From NCBI RefSeq assembly GCF_020745735.1, contig NC_083425.1:46115575-46179574 (forward strand): DNA of 64,000 bases. The letters run 5' to 3'. The notes under the pieces were generated by a model. The model searched no databases and was not told where the DNA came from. It was given only the letters and a program-made list of their open reading frames with translations. The translations under genes were made by a program, and so were the position numbers. Positions 50,166 through 62,272 of the stretch are shown piece after piece (the first letter of the stretch is position 1; each line of letters begins with the position of its first letter). This stretch comes from Hemiscyllium ocellatum (Eukaryota).

Positions 50166-52421
50166 AAATTATTTGCAGCATATTGTGCTGTTGCCAGTGC
50201 AAAACATGCAGGGGATCTTAATAGTTCAGGTGGCCAAATATCAGCTTTGTAACAACAGAACTAATCTATTAAATTCTTGGAAGTTTGATGGCAGGGTGAG
50301 GTGGTGATAGAACTGAGGAAAGACTGTCTCCTTTTTAACTCCTTGACTTTGTGGAGCTGGAATAGAGAATGAAAAGATTTAGCTTGTGATTCTCATAATC
50401 TCCTTTCTCAATGTTTTGGCAATATTCCTGCATGTCCATCTGCTAACACAAGTGCAGGTATCCTCATTAGGTGGCTAGAAACTCCGATCTCTCCAGCGCA
50501 GGCTCTATCTCTGTCATCACCAGCAAGTGCCCAGGCTACTACTACTCTAGCATCAAAATTCTTCTATAAACTGGAAAACACCAACAGCTGTTTTTGTTTC
50601 CACCAACTGTAAATCATTTTCTTCTGCAGACAGAATGGTTGTCATCCCAAAGTATTGCTTTGAGAATGCACATCAATGACCACTCCTGAGCTGCTATTAA
50701 TAAGTGTTTGATATGCACATTGTCCTGAAACTGGTATAGCGTGAATAATGTGAAGAGGCTCACACACACATTCAGATCACATGTTCACCTGATGGTGAGA
50801 CCTGCAACTTATGCTCCTGTCCAACACCCCTCTGCACTCTCAGACTGACATAGCTTGATACCCTTAAGAGTGCACCTTTGCAGCAACTACACGGTGTCCC
50901 CTTTATCCTGCTGAAGTGCTGCAACCTGTTAATCTTTTAGTACTGCATCCAGGTTTGGCAGTGGTCTCTGCAGGCACTAATTTATGCTGTAACTTCTTCA
51001 ATCTCGGTCAACTTGGTCTGAGGGCAAAGCCTTCTGCCACTACACCTGGAAAATGGGATCATCCACCTTTTACAGATGACCTGGAGGAGAACTTATAGCA
51101 GGGTATTGTTGAACCATTGGCCATATTTGAAATTGACATTTTTCAGGGAATGGAGCAGAGAGAAGATTCAAATGGTAGGCTGCAGTTCTGGTGTCCACTC
51201 TGAACGGACTGATGTTGCTGCTTGCAGGACATGCCTTTGTGCTCTTTTAAAGACTGTGTGCCTGAATCTTCGAATGTGAACTACTAACAGAGGCTGTTCT
51301 GTCCAGCTTGCTGCATGATTAGAGTTCCCCTCCCACGCTCAGCTACTTTAGCTGCAGCTTTGTGATTTTGCATGGCCAGCCTTTGTTAATCCAATTCCAA
51401 ACATTTATATTCCAAACTCGAGCACCTTTTATACTATCTAATTTGGGACAAATAAAGTTCCAAATTGTCCCAAGCAGCAGGAAAGTGACAGAACATAAAG
51501 TAATGAATTATCATTAAGTCCACTTCTCTTTGAAAGCTACTACTGACCCAAATCTGGACTTCACGTTTTTTAATTCAAGCATCGACCATTGATTTGAGGT
51601 CGGGAGTGAAGTGGTGTTACCACTTCACCCGATGATAGAAGGCTACTTTGCTTTCTTCAGTCTCTCAGCAGCGCTGGTCATCAGTATTGTGCTGTGTAAT
51701 TAGTGGCTGGGAAGATAGTGAGCACTAACGTAGCCATGGCTTTGCATTGTTGTGATATCCTTGTAGTTTCGCTGCAAACCAAGAAACATGTCTGGAATAT
51801 AATCATAATTTGTCACTTGCCTCCACAGAAATAAATAAATCTTTTTTTTTGTTCGATTTCTTTCATGTAATTCCAAACCAACTGAACCACAGCTTTAGAT
51901 GCCTCATGTGGAAGATTACGCAATGCCAATAAATTTGTAGGTGGCGTTGCAGGCTGTTGCCAACTCAACAATAGCATTTTAGAATCTAACTAGTTGGACT
52001 GATATTCATGAACAATGTTTTGATAAAAGATTTCATGGATGTCAGGACCACAACAGGTGTGTCCTGAAAGTGGTCTGTGAACTATGAATTTGTACAGCTT
52101 ATTTTAGCGCCCTTTTAATATTGTTTCAATTTTAATCCAGTCAACTTTGTGCTTCAAACGAGATGAAAAGTTAGTTTATTCATAACTATTGTCATAGTTA
52201 TCGAAGCAAACAAATTGTTTATAATTTTCTAACATGCACATGCCTCAAGTCTACGTAAGGATAAAATCTATTTATCCAGGTATAAGATCAGTCTCTTACA
52301 TCATTGCCTGCTTATTGCCTGCATAAAGCTTTCTTTTTCTGAAGTGAAACACAATGTTGAAAACTTAGTCAGGCTTCTGAAGCTGAGATGCATTTTGTTG
52401 CCTAATACTTGGAAGTTTGCC

Positions 52422-52451
52422 TGTGTGTGTGTGTGGGGGGGGGGGGGGGGG
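52422..52451. repeat. (TG)n followed by G17 run
   Basis: Read directly from the sequence. Confidence 0.9.
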
Positions 52452-52587
52452 CACAGCAAATCAATAGGATTTGGGAGAGAGAAGGTTTCTTCCTGGATCT
52501 GTAGTTATAGCACTTGCAAATTGCCTGGACTTTTTCAGCAAGACTCAGGTGATTTCTGAAAGCCTGCTCCATTTCCATTCCCGAAGG

Positions 52588-53150
52588 TCATGGAGTCATA
52601 GAGTTGTGCGGCTTGCAAACAGACCCTTCGGTTCAACTCATCCATGCCGACCCAGTCTCGTACCAGCATCTGCCCCTTCCTCTGGCAGCTCATTCCATGC
52701 ACGGACCACTCTCTGTGTGAAAACGTTGCCCCTTGGGTCCTTTTTCAATCTTTCCCTTTTTACCCTCAAACAATGTCCTCTAGTTTTGAACTCCCCCTTC
52801 CTAGGGAAAAGATCTTGACTATTTGCCCTATCCATGCCCCTCATGATTTTATAAACCTTTATAAAGTCACCCCTCCGCTTCCAACAGCTCTAGGGAAAAT
52901 AGCCCCAGCCTATGCAGCCTCTCCCTTTAACTCAAATTCTCCAACCCTGAAAACTACCTTGTAAATCTTTTCTGAACCCTTTCAAGTTTCATAACCTCCT
53001 TCCTATAGCAGAGAGACCCGAATTGTATACAGTATTCCAACAGTGGCCTAACCATTGTCCTGTACAGCCACAGCATGACCCACCAATTCCTATATTCAAT
53101 GCACTGAGGAATAAGGGTAAGTGTACCAAACACCACATCCACTATCCTAT
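52588..53150 (-). mobile_element. CR1 3' fragment
   Basis: LYRTMVRPLLEYCIQF..ERVQKRFTR; KTRGHCLRV..FTQRVVRAWNELPEE. Confidence 0.92.
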
Positions 53151-53164
53151 CTTACAATCTTATA

Positions 53165-54608
53165 CTCCACAACTTCCTGATGAAAGAGCAGCACTGGATA
53201 GTAGGACCAGGATAGGTCAGAGTCAGAATTGATTGATGAAGTGGAAATCATGCTTGACTAATCTTCTGGAATTTTTTGAGGATGTAAGTCTGAAGATGGA
53301 TGAGGGAGATCCAGTAGATGTAGTGTACCTGGACTTTCAGAAAGCTTTTGATAAAATCCCACGTAGGAGGTTAGTGAGCAAAATTAGGGCGCATGTTATT
53401 GGGGGAAAAGTACTAACTTGGATTGAAAGTTGGTTAGCTGATAGGAAACAAAGAGTAGTGATAAACAGCTCCATTTCGGAATGGCAGGCAGTGACCAGTG
53501 GGGTACCGCAGGGATCAGTGCTGGGACCGCAGTTTTTTACAATACATGTTAATGATATAGAACTTGGTATTAGCAATAACATTAGCAAATTTGCTGATGA
53601 TACTAAGCTGGGTGGCAGGGTGAAATGTGATGAGGATGTTAGAAGATTACACGGTGACCTGGACAAGTTAGGTGAGTGGTCAGATGCATGGCAGATACAG
53701 TTTAATGTGGATAAATGTATGGTTATCCACTTTGGTGGCAAGAACAGGAAGGCAGATTCCTACCTAAATGGAATCAATTTAGGTAAAGGGGCAGGACAGA
53801 GATCTGGGTGTTCTTGTACACCAGTCAATGAAGGCAAGCATGCAGGTATAGCAGGTGTGAAGAAGGCTAATAGCATGCTGGTCTTCATAACAAGAGGGAT
53901 TAAGTATAGAAGCAAAGAGATTCTTCTGCAGCTGTACAGGGCCCTGGTGAGACCACACCTGGAGTACTGTGTACAGTTCTGGTCTCCAAATTTGAGGAAA
54001 GACATTCTGGCTATTGAGGGAGTGCAGCGTAGGTCCACGAGGTCAATTCCTGGAATGGCGGGATTACCTTACACTGAAAGACTGGAGCAACTGGGCTTGT
54101 ATACCCTTGAGTTTAGAAGACTGAGAGGGGATCTGATTGAAACATATAATATTATTCAAGGATTGGACACGCTGGAGGCAGGAAACATGTTTCCGCTGAT
54201 GGGTGAGTGCCGAACCAGGACACAGCTTAAAAATACAGGGTAGACCATTTAGGACAGAGATGAGGAGAAACGTCTTCACCCAGAGAGTGGTGGCTGTGTG
54301 GAATGCTCTGCCCCAGAGGGCAGTGGAGGCCCAGTCTCTTTCATTTAAGAAAGAGTTGAATAGATCTCTCAAGGAATGTGGAATCAAGGGTTATGGAGAT
54401 AAGGCAGGAACAGGATAATGATTAAGGATGATCAGCCATGATCACATTGAATGGTGGTGCAGGCTCGAAGGGCAGAATGGCCTACTCCTGCACCTATTGT
54501 CTATTGTCTATCACTCTGAAAACTAGTGCTTCTAATTAAATCCGTTGGCCTAAACCTGGTGCTGTGATTTTTAACTTTGTACACTCCAGTCCAGCACCTC
54601 CAAATCAT
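53165..54608 (+). mobile_element. Second-family hammerhead element split by a CR1
   Basis: cctgatgaaagagcagcact (53176-53195) continues as ctgaaaactagtg (54516-) after the CR1. Confidence 0.8.
53196..54511 (+). mobile_element. 5'-truncated CR1 LINE (RT core to 3' tail)
   Basis: SCLTNLLEFFE, DFQKAFDKI, GVPQGSVLGP, KFADD; (ATTGTCT)n tail; cact duplication at 53192-53195 and 54512-54515. Confidence 0.95.
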
Positions 54609-55869
54609 ACCCAGGTGTTTGAGTCTTTCATGGGGAGTTCTACATAAATGGGCTCCTTGCATCCTTCCTTGGCACAATCAAAGCAAACTGGCTCCCATGT
54701 GAATTTCAAATGAGCTGTCGACCCACTGGACAAAAGTGTTAATTACTCTGAGCTGCTTTTGTGTTGTGTTCTGTTCTGTCAGGAGCTTTCAGTTCTTGCA
54801 TCTTTCCATTGTGTTGTCCTTTTATATTCTTTTGATCTTCCTGTTCAGAGATGTTGTTATGGCACACCTCTGAGCTAAGAAACCTGGGTTAGAGTCCTAG
54901 CTGCTCCAAAGGTACCACCATGGCACAAAACCCCTTTTATTGTGTGGTCTAAGGATAAATTTAATTTTAAATGTCTCCTTTGTGATTACTCAGATGGGTC
55001 AGTTCGACAGGCTTGAACCTATCTAAGGATCAGACAGTTGCCTGCTGTGACTTCTGCATTGAAAGCACTTTTAAAATTGCAACTTGAAAATAATTTCTAA
55101 TCCAGGTTGAAAAGCAGAAATCTTCTTTTGACAGTTTTTCATAAATATCTATGCATACATGGTGAGATTTTTAATCCATACTTAGTGGATGTACAGTTTT
55201 CAACAACACAAGATAGTCTTGAAATTGCTCATTTTGTTTTAATGGACCACCTTGAATATCCACTGAGGAGATCCTGCAGCAAAGCCCTGGGAGTGAGACA
55301 ATCATAATCAACTTCCTCTGTGCTTAGTATGACTTGAACCTCCTGAAAAGAAGTTTTCTTTCCAGAGCTGACAAATGACTCTCACCACAAAGTAACCAAT
55401 TTTAATGTTAATCATCAACAAATGGAATACAAAGTTTCAAACTCTGCAAAAATAGTCTTGCACTGGTTGCATTTTCCCTAGAGCTGATGTGAAGTGATGT
55501 GATGACTCTCAATATTGAGAGTCTGTCTATGGAATGTGGTAGCAAGATGATTAATTGAATTTGAGCTTTACACATTAATGAGAAGACAGAATCCCATTGT
55601 TGCGATATCAAAGTGCAAAATTGCCCACAGAGAGAATTTTGCACAGTTTATTAGAATGTTGATGTATGCACGATTCTTAAACCCCTGTAGTTCTGATTTC
55701 TGGATCCATCTCTGCACACATATATTAGCATTATTTTACTCTTAGTGAATTTTAATTTAGAGGTGATGGGTGCCAAGCTCCAATGGCTCACCATGATCTT
55801 TTGGTATTGTATCTCAGATTTTGAACATTATCTTTTGTAGGATATATTTAATTTCATTGTACTAGAAGC

Positions 55870-56458
55870 TGAGTCATAAAGCATGGAAACAGACCCCTTC
55901 GTCCAACTCATCCAAGTTCCCCAAACTAAATTTGTCTATTTGCCTTTGTGTGGCACATATCCCTCTAAACGTTTCCTATTCATGTACCTATCAAAATGTC
56001 TATTAAATGTTGTAACCGTACCTACATCTACCATTTACTCTGGTAGTTCATACCAAATATGAGCCATCTCTTTATGAAAATGTTGCTCCTCAGGTCCCTT
56101 TTAAATCTATCTTCTCTCACCTTAAAAATGTGCTCTCTAGCTTTAAATTTCCCCCACCCTAGGGAAAATATCCTTGCTACTCACATTATCTGTGTCCTTC
56201 ATGATTTTATAAACCTCTACTAGATCACCCCTCCACATCCTATGCTCTTAGTGGGGCGAGGGAGGGTCTTTTCAGCCTCCCCTTTAGAACTCAAACTCTC
56301 CTGGCAACATTCTGGTAAATCTTTTCACAACCCTCTCCAGCTTAATTCTATCCTTGTAGCTGGGTGACCAGAAGAGTACACCCTTCTCCAAAAGTGGCCT
56401 CAGCAATGTTGTGTACAACCTCAAAATGATGTCCCAACTCCTGTATTCAATGGACTGA
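55870..56458 (-). mobile_element. CR1 3' fragment
   Basis: IEYRSWDIILRLYTTLLRPLLE..LERVVKRFTRMLPG; gagtcata tail. Confidence 0.9.
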
Positions 56459-57794
56459 GATGGGCAGCAATTTGACTGAGGGACTTGGCTTACTTGAGAA
56501 AGCAATGGAGTATATTAAATGCAGTTTATTTGATTGCTGAAATTCAATGTTGCTCTGAAATTCCTCCAGGAAACCTACCTTCTGACCCTTGAGTGCTGAA
56601 GTAGGATTTATGTAATCTTTTCTGTTTCACACTGCAGAGCTCTGTCCTAGCAAATACTCTTTTGTGAGAGAAGGACACTGATCACAATCTGAAATTTTCA
56701 TGTTGATGTGTGCAGTGATAAACTTATAGAGGATTTTTAAGAGCAAAGAAAGTGGACTTTGGGCCCATTGTGTCTGTAGATGATCAAACATCTATCTATT
56801 CTAATAACATTTCCCAGTCGTTGGCCCATAGGCTAATGGTTGCATTTCCGTATTCGAGGATCAATGTTCCTGATTTGTGCTAGTCTCCAGCAACGTGAGG
56901 GAGCAGCATTGCAATTCACTTCTGTGCCTTGGGTGTAGTCATTGTATCTCACTTCCAGCTGCTGACTTGGGAGGGGGTGATAAGGGGAATTGAATGTCGT
57001 TACTCAACGCTAAGCAGCCTGATTGTTCACCTATCCTTACTACCTGGACCTGGGTGTGAACATTGTTCAAACAGGAGATTATGTAGGATATTGAGTGTTC
57101 AATTACTCTGTGTTCTATGAGAGTCTGTGATAGATCAATGCTCATTGAGCTTGTTTAGTGAAGCCGAGGCGTGGACTCAAAGCTGCAGAAAGGACTAAGG
57201 GTCTGAATTGAAACATAAACTAAGCAATTTTAAAGTACAAAATAAAATTCCTACACAGGTGGATCTATACAGGGATGGCACTAGTCCCTTTGTGTAGGAA
57301 CTTTATTTGTGGTTCTGTAAAATGTTTATCTGTTTTTCAGCTAAGGCTTCCAGTTCTTCCTTAGCTTTGTTTTTTATGAGGTCAATGCAAAGGTTTAGCT
57401 AATCAGTACAGTGCGCACAAATTAGTTAACATACCCGCATAGTACAATAAACAACAATTGAATACTACATTTGGTATCCTTGAAACTGTTCCCGGACATG
57501 GGTCAGCACAAAGGAGAGGGTCATGGTGAAGATTTCCAGTTGCGTATTGGAGACCTGTCTTAACAGGTATCTGTTTAACTTGTAACTAGGGTAGCCATCC
57601 TTTTGGACTGGCTTGAATCTTTGGAAATTGATCTTCAGATCCATGCCAGGAGCAAAACTGAAGAAAGGTCTCCAGAGATTAATGTTTTGAAGCTTTGCTT
57701 TTGTTACAATCTCCTTTAAACACTTTTTTATTGTTAAAAAAAGTATTATTCGACTGGATGGAGAGGTAGAATGATGAGACCTCTGGGGAAGGTT

Positions 57795-58310
57795 TGAGTT
57801 CTTATTGTCACATGTACCAGGATAGTGAAAAGGATTGTTTTGCGTGCTAACAAGATAAATCATACCTTACATAAATACATCAGCATAATAGAGCAGGATG
57901 CAAAATATAGTGTTACAGCTACAGAGAAGGTGCAGGGAAAGAGCAACTCAAAGATCCATTCATAAGTCTGATAACAGTGGAGAGCAAGCTGTTCTTAGAT
58001 CTGTTGGTATGTGTTTTCAAACTCTCGTCCTTCAGGCAGAAGATACGAAAGTATGATTGAGGTAGGAGAGAGGTGTGGAATGGCGTCAGTAGATGGAAGG
58101 TTGGTTTCCATGATGGACTGGGCTGCGTTCACAACTCTCTTGCAGTCTTGGGCTAGGCAGTTGCCATAGCATGCTATGCTGTCTCCAGATAGGATGCGTT
58201 CTGGGGTGCATCTTTAAAATTAAGAAGAGCCATTGTAGACATGTGAAATTTCCTTAGGCTTCTGAGGAAGTCGTGGTATTGGTTTGTTTTCTTGACTGCA
58301 GCATTGTAAT
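57795..58310 (-). mobile_element. Rex1/Babar-clade LINE 3' fragment
   Basis: Minus strand VKKTNQ.HDFLRSLRKFHMS...ILSG...YGNC.AQD..RVVNAAQSI resembles the Rex1/Babar C-terminal domain. Confidence 0.7.
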
Positions 58311-58559
58311 AAAGAAGGGCCAGTATTACAGCTGAGGAAATTCTTAACAATAATTAAGTAAAGAACTAGATAACCTAGGAAACTGAGTATTACCTGTACC
58401 TCAATGTGTTGCTGTGGAAATGATCGCAGTTGTGGCATGTGACCAGAGTGCCAAGAGTACAGAGGCAAAGTTACAGGGTTCCCGATTTAAATGAAAAGAG
58501 CCACATCCAAATCCCTTGGGATATGCAAGTTAGTTTGCACCTGCAATGTTTTTGAATGC

Positions 58560-58710
58560 CATGATGTTGGAGGTGCCAGTGTTGGATTGGGGTGGACAAA
58601 GTTTGAAAATGTCACAACACTCTGTTATAGTCCAGCAGCAGCAGGTTTCAAACAAAACAACTCGACAACTTCCAAATAAACCAGCTGGACTATAACCTAG
58701 TGTGTCATTT
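58560..58710. mobile_element. Hairpin form of second-family short element
   Basis: gttatagtccagc (58624-58636) inverted as gctggactataac (58684-58696). Confidence 0.75.
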
Positions 58711-59315
58711 TTGGCTGTAGAATGGTGGTCCTGCTGGAGGTTTGAATTGTTTGAAAGTGTCCTTTCACAGCCCTGCTGGAAAGCAATGAGTAAACATGAT
58801 TACCATTTCAGATTAAGTGGTAGCCTTGGTGATGGAGCAATGTAAACTTGGGCACATAAAGCCTCTGTGATCGCTCCTTAACAAATGTCTTATGGTAGGC
58901 AATGCAGTTTCCAGCCATGTAAGTGGGAATGCAATAATGAAGGAACCTTAAATAAACTACGGAACTGAGCAAGGAGTCTCGAAAGAAAATTTCATCTAGG
59001 TGAGAAAGGATGAATAGACAAAAATGGAAGTGAGGCGATAGCAATGCAATAAATAGCAGGTCTGATCATAACTAATCCTGTCAAAGAAATTCCTTATCAT
59101 TTGAAACAGAGAATGGAATCTTTTGGCTGGGGGTGGGGGTGGGGGGAGAGAGAGGGGAGGTGGCAGACTGGGAGGAGATGAACCTTTAATTGATGGGATA
59201 GTAGTGATTCTTTGAGTCCATGCCCTGGAGGTGCCACTGGCAGACTTGGCTGTTTTGGACACTGGGACTTTCTGGTTAGGGCTCTTTGTTCATCACTTGG
59301 CAAGATTCAGGGCTT

Positions 59316-60912
59316 TGATAAGAGTGGCGCTGGAAAATCACAACAGGTCAGGCAGCATTCAAGGAGCAGGAAAATCGATGTTTCGGGAAAAGGCACTTCA
59401 TCAGGAATGAAGGCAGGGAGCCTCGGGATGGAGAGAGAAATGGTAGAGGGTGGGGCTGGGGAGAAGGTAGCTAAGAGGAGGGAATAAAGGTGATAGGTCA
59501 GAGAGGAGGGTGAAGCGGATAGATGGGAAAGAAGATTGGCAGGTAGGACAGGCCATGAGGATGGTGTCAAGCTGGAAGATTGGAAATGGGGTAAAGTTGG
59601 GGAAGGGGAAATGAGGAAACTGGTGAAGTCCACATTGATGCCCAGGGGTTGACGTGTTCCGAGGCAGAAGATGAGGCATTCTTCTTCCAGGTGTTGGGTA
59701 GTGAGGGACCGGCGGTGGAGGAGGCCCAGGACCTGCATGTCCTCAGCAGAGTGGGAGGGGAAGTTGAAACCTTGGGCCTTGGCGTGGTGGGGATGATTAG
59801 TGTGGGTGTCCTGGAGATGTTCCCTAAAGTGCTCTGTGAAAAGGCGTCTAGTCTCCCCAATGTGAAGGGGAACACATCGGGAGCAACGGATACAATACAT
59901 TGGATATGCAGGTGAAACTTTGGACGTGGAAGGCTCCTTTGGGGCCTTGGATGAAGGTGAGAGGGGAGGTGAGGGCACAGGTTTTGCAATCCTGCAGTGG
60001 CAGAGGAGGGTGCCAGGAGGGGAGAGTGGGTTGTTGGGGGGTGGGGGGGTGGACCTGACCAGGTAGTCACAGAGGGAATGGTCTTTGCGGAAAATGGAAA
60101 GGGGTGGGGAGGGAAATATATATGCTTGGTGGTGGGTCTGTTTAGAGGTGATGTCGGCAGATGATGCAGTTAATGCGAAGGTTGGTAGGGTGGAAAGTGA
60201 GGCCCAGGGTGTTCTGTACTTGTTGCGGTTGAAGGGGTGGGGTTTGAGGGCGGAGGTGCAGGACGTGGATGAGATGCATTGGAGGGCATCTTTAACCACG
60301 TGGGAAGGGAAATTGCAGTCTCTAAAGAAGGAGGCCAGCTGGTGTGTTCTGTGATGGAACTTGTCCTCCTGGGAGCAGATACGGCGGAGGAATTGGAAAT
60401 ATGGGATAGCATTTTTGCAGGAGGTAGGGTGGGAAGAGGTGTAATCCAGGTAGCTGTGGGAGTCGATGGGTTTGTTAAAAAAAATGTCAGTGTCAAGTCC
60501 GTTGTCATTGTTGGAGGTGGAGAGGTCCAGGGAGGGGAGGGAGGCATCAGAGATGGTCCAGGTGAATTTAAGGTCAGGGTGGAATGTGTTGGTGAAGTTG
60601 ATGAACTGCTCAACCTCCTCTCGGGGTCACGAGGTGGCGGCGATGCAGTCATCAACATAGCGGAGGAAGAGGTGGGAAGTGGTGCTGCTGTAACTATGGA
60701 AGATGGACTGTTCTACCTAGCTGACAAAGAGACAGGCATAGCTGGGGCCCATGCGGGTGCCCGGCCCATGCGGGTGCCCATGGCTACCCCTTTGGTCTGG
60801 AGGAAGCAGGAGAATTTGAAGGAGAAATTGTTAAAGGTGAGGACCAGTTCAGCCAAATGAATGTGTGTGTGTCAGTGGAAGGGTACTGTTGGAGACGTCA
60901 GGAGAGGAAGAA
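59316..60912 (-). mobile_element. Penelope-like retroelement (RT, GIY-YIG, hammerhead terminus), 14 bp TSD
   Basis: GVAMG and RYVDDC RT motifs; YCIRCSRC..LHIGETRR.F.EH; aagattcagggctt at 59302-59315 and 60913-60926. Confidence 0.93.
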
Positions 60913-62272
60913 AAGATTCAGGGCTTCTTTCTGGAACTTCAGTGGAACTCGTGCCTGCTCTAAGCTGGCAAGTATTCCATGGGCAACTTGTATGGATGCC
61001 AATTGAGAATTTCCTGGGATAAATAATGTACCCCTGTCTTCCCATATGCTCCAATCTCTGATGTACCAATTCTTGTGTATAACTATACCAAAGTGTAGAT
61101 AAGGGGAAACAGCAACATTGTTTTTAATTATCTTCCCTTTTGGGAAGCGCAGGTCTTTAGACCAAGCATGCTGCAACTCTTTGAGTCAAGGGAAGGGAAC
61201 AGCCCTGCGCTAGAGAGTTGAAACATCAAAGGCATGAAATCTAATAGATTTGTGTGGGTGGCAGATGAAAACATGACATGGTATTTCCATGGTTAAATAC
61301 TACAGCGGATTCTAAACAGTCCAGATGGCCTTGAACTCTGTACACCTTTTATTCAGCTTCCTCCTCCTATATTTGTTGATTGGAGTACTTCATACTGTTC
61401 TGAAAAAGTAGTTTATTTTTATAAGGAGAATGATTAGAGGATTTCCAATTTTCTTTTCCCCCATTGTTATGTCTTGTGTTTTTATAAGCAAACCATAATC
61501 CCTTATCCATACTTTGTATGAGGTATAAATATTTGAAGAATGTGGTAAAAATCCTTTGCTCTGTCAGAAATTGTGTTTTGTGTTTGTTTGTTTGTAACAC
61601 GCACACACTCCCCACCAACTGGGAGCTCTGCGGTCTCCAGAGAGATGTGAAAAACTGGATTAAAAACCCAAACCAGCTCCACATAAAAATTTGTGTATCT
61701 CCTGTCTTACCTATCAATTCAAAGGGGAAAAGGGGACTTATCCAGAAAATCAGTGTGACCCTGAATTACCTAACATTTTGTAAGCAGTGATGACTGCCTC
61801 AAATACTTACAACCTTCATTTGAAGAAATTCAGTTAGCCCAGTCCCACCATCTAAGTTGGCATTTGTAGACTGGATAATATAGATAATCCAAGTGCTGGA
61901 GCTATCACTAAAATTGCACTATCCTTTTTGGAACACAGTTTAGTAAGGATGTTTGAATGAAGCCATTTTTTGCTTACCTCCAAGAAGCTCTAATCACTAG
62001 ACAGGAATAATATATGAGCAAACTCCCCATTATTTTAATATATTCTCCATGAGAGAATTCACTGCTTGTTAAATATATGACCCAAAGAGCTCGCAACTTG
62101 CTTTGTTTGAACACCTTTGATTAACAACATCATAATGTCAACCATTGTACAGAATGCTGAAGAGCAGGTGTTTCCAGCTACTCTGGTCATGCACAGTTAG
62201 TATTTCTGGTCAGGCACAGTTAGGTATGTTTTGACCATGTATAATTCAGTAAGCACAGACAATATCCTGCCT

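Noticed and set aside
49867-50307. 146 aa ORF
   Set aside because: Reads through the antisense of a family B repeat; no domain recognised
57465-57863. 132 aa minus-strand ORF as a host gene
   Set aside because: Starts inside a Rex1/Babar remnant; no recognisable domain or splice structure
59307-60299. 330 aa ORF as a functional protein
   Set aside because: Mosaic of in-frame and out-of-frame Penelope sequence running into the non-coding terminus
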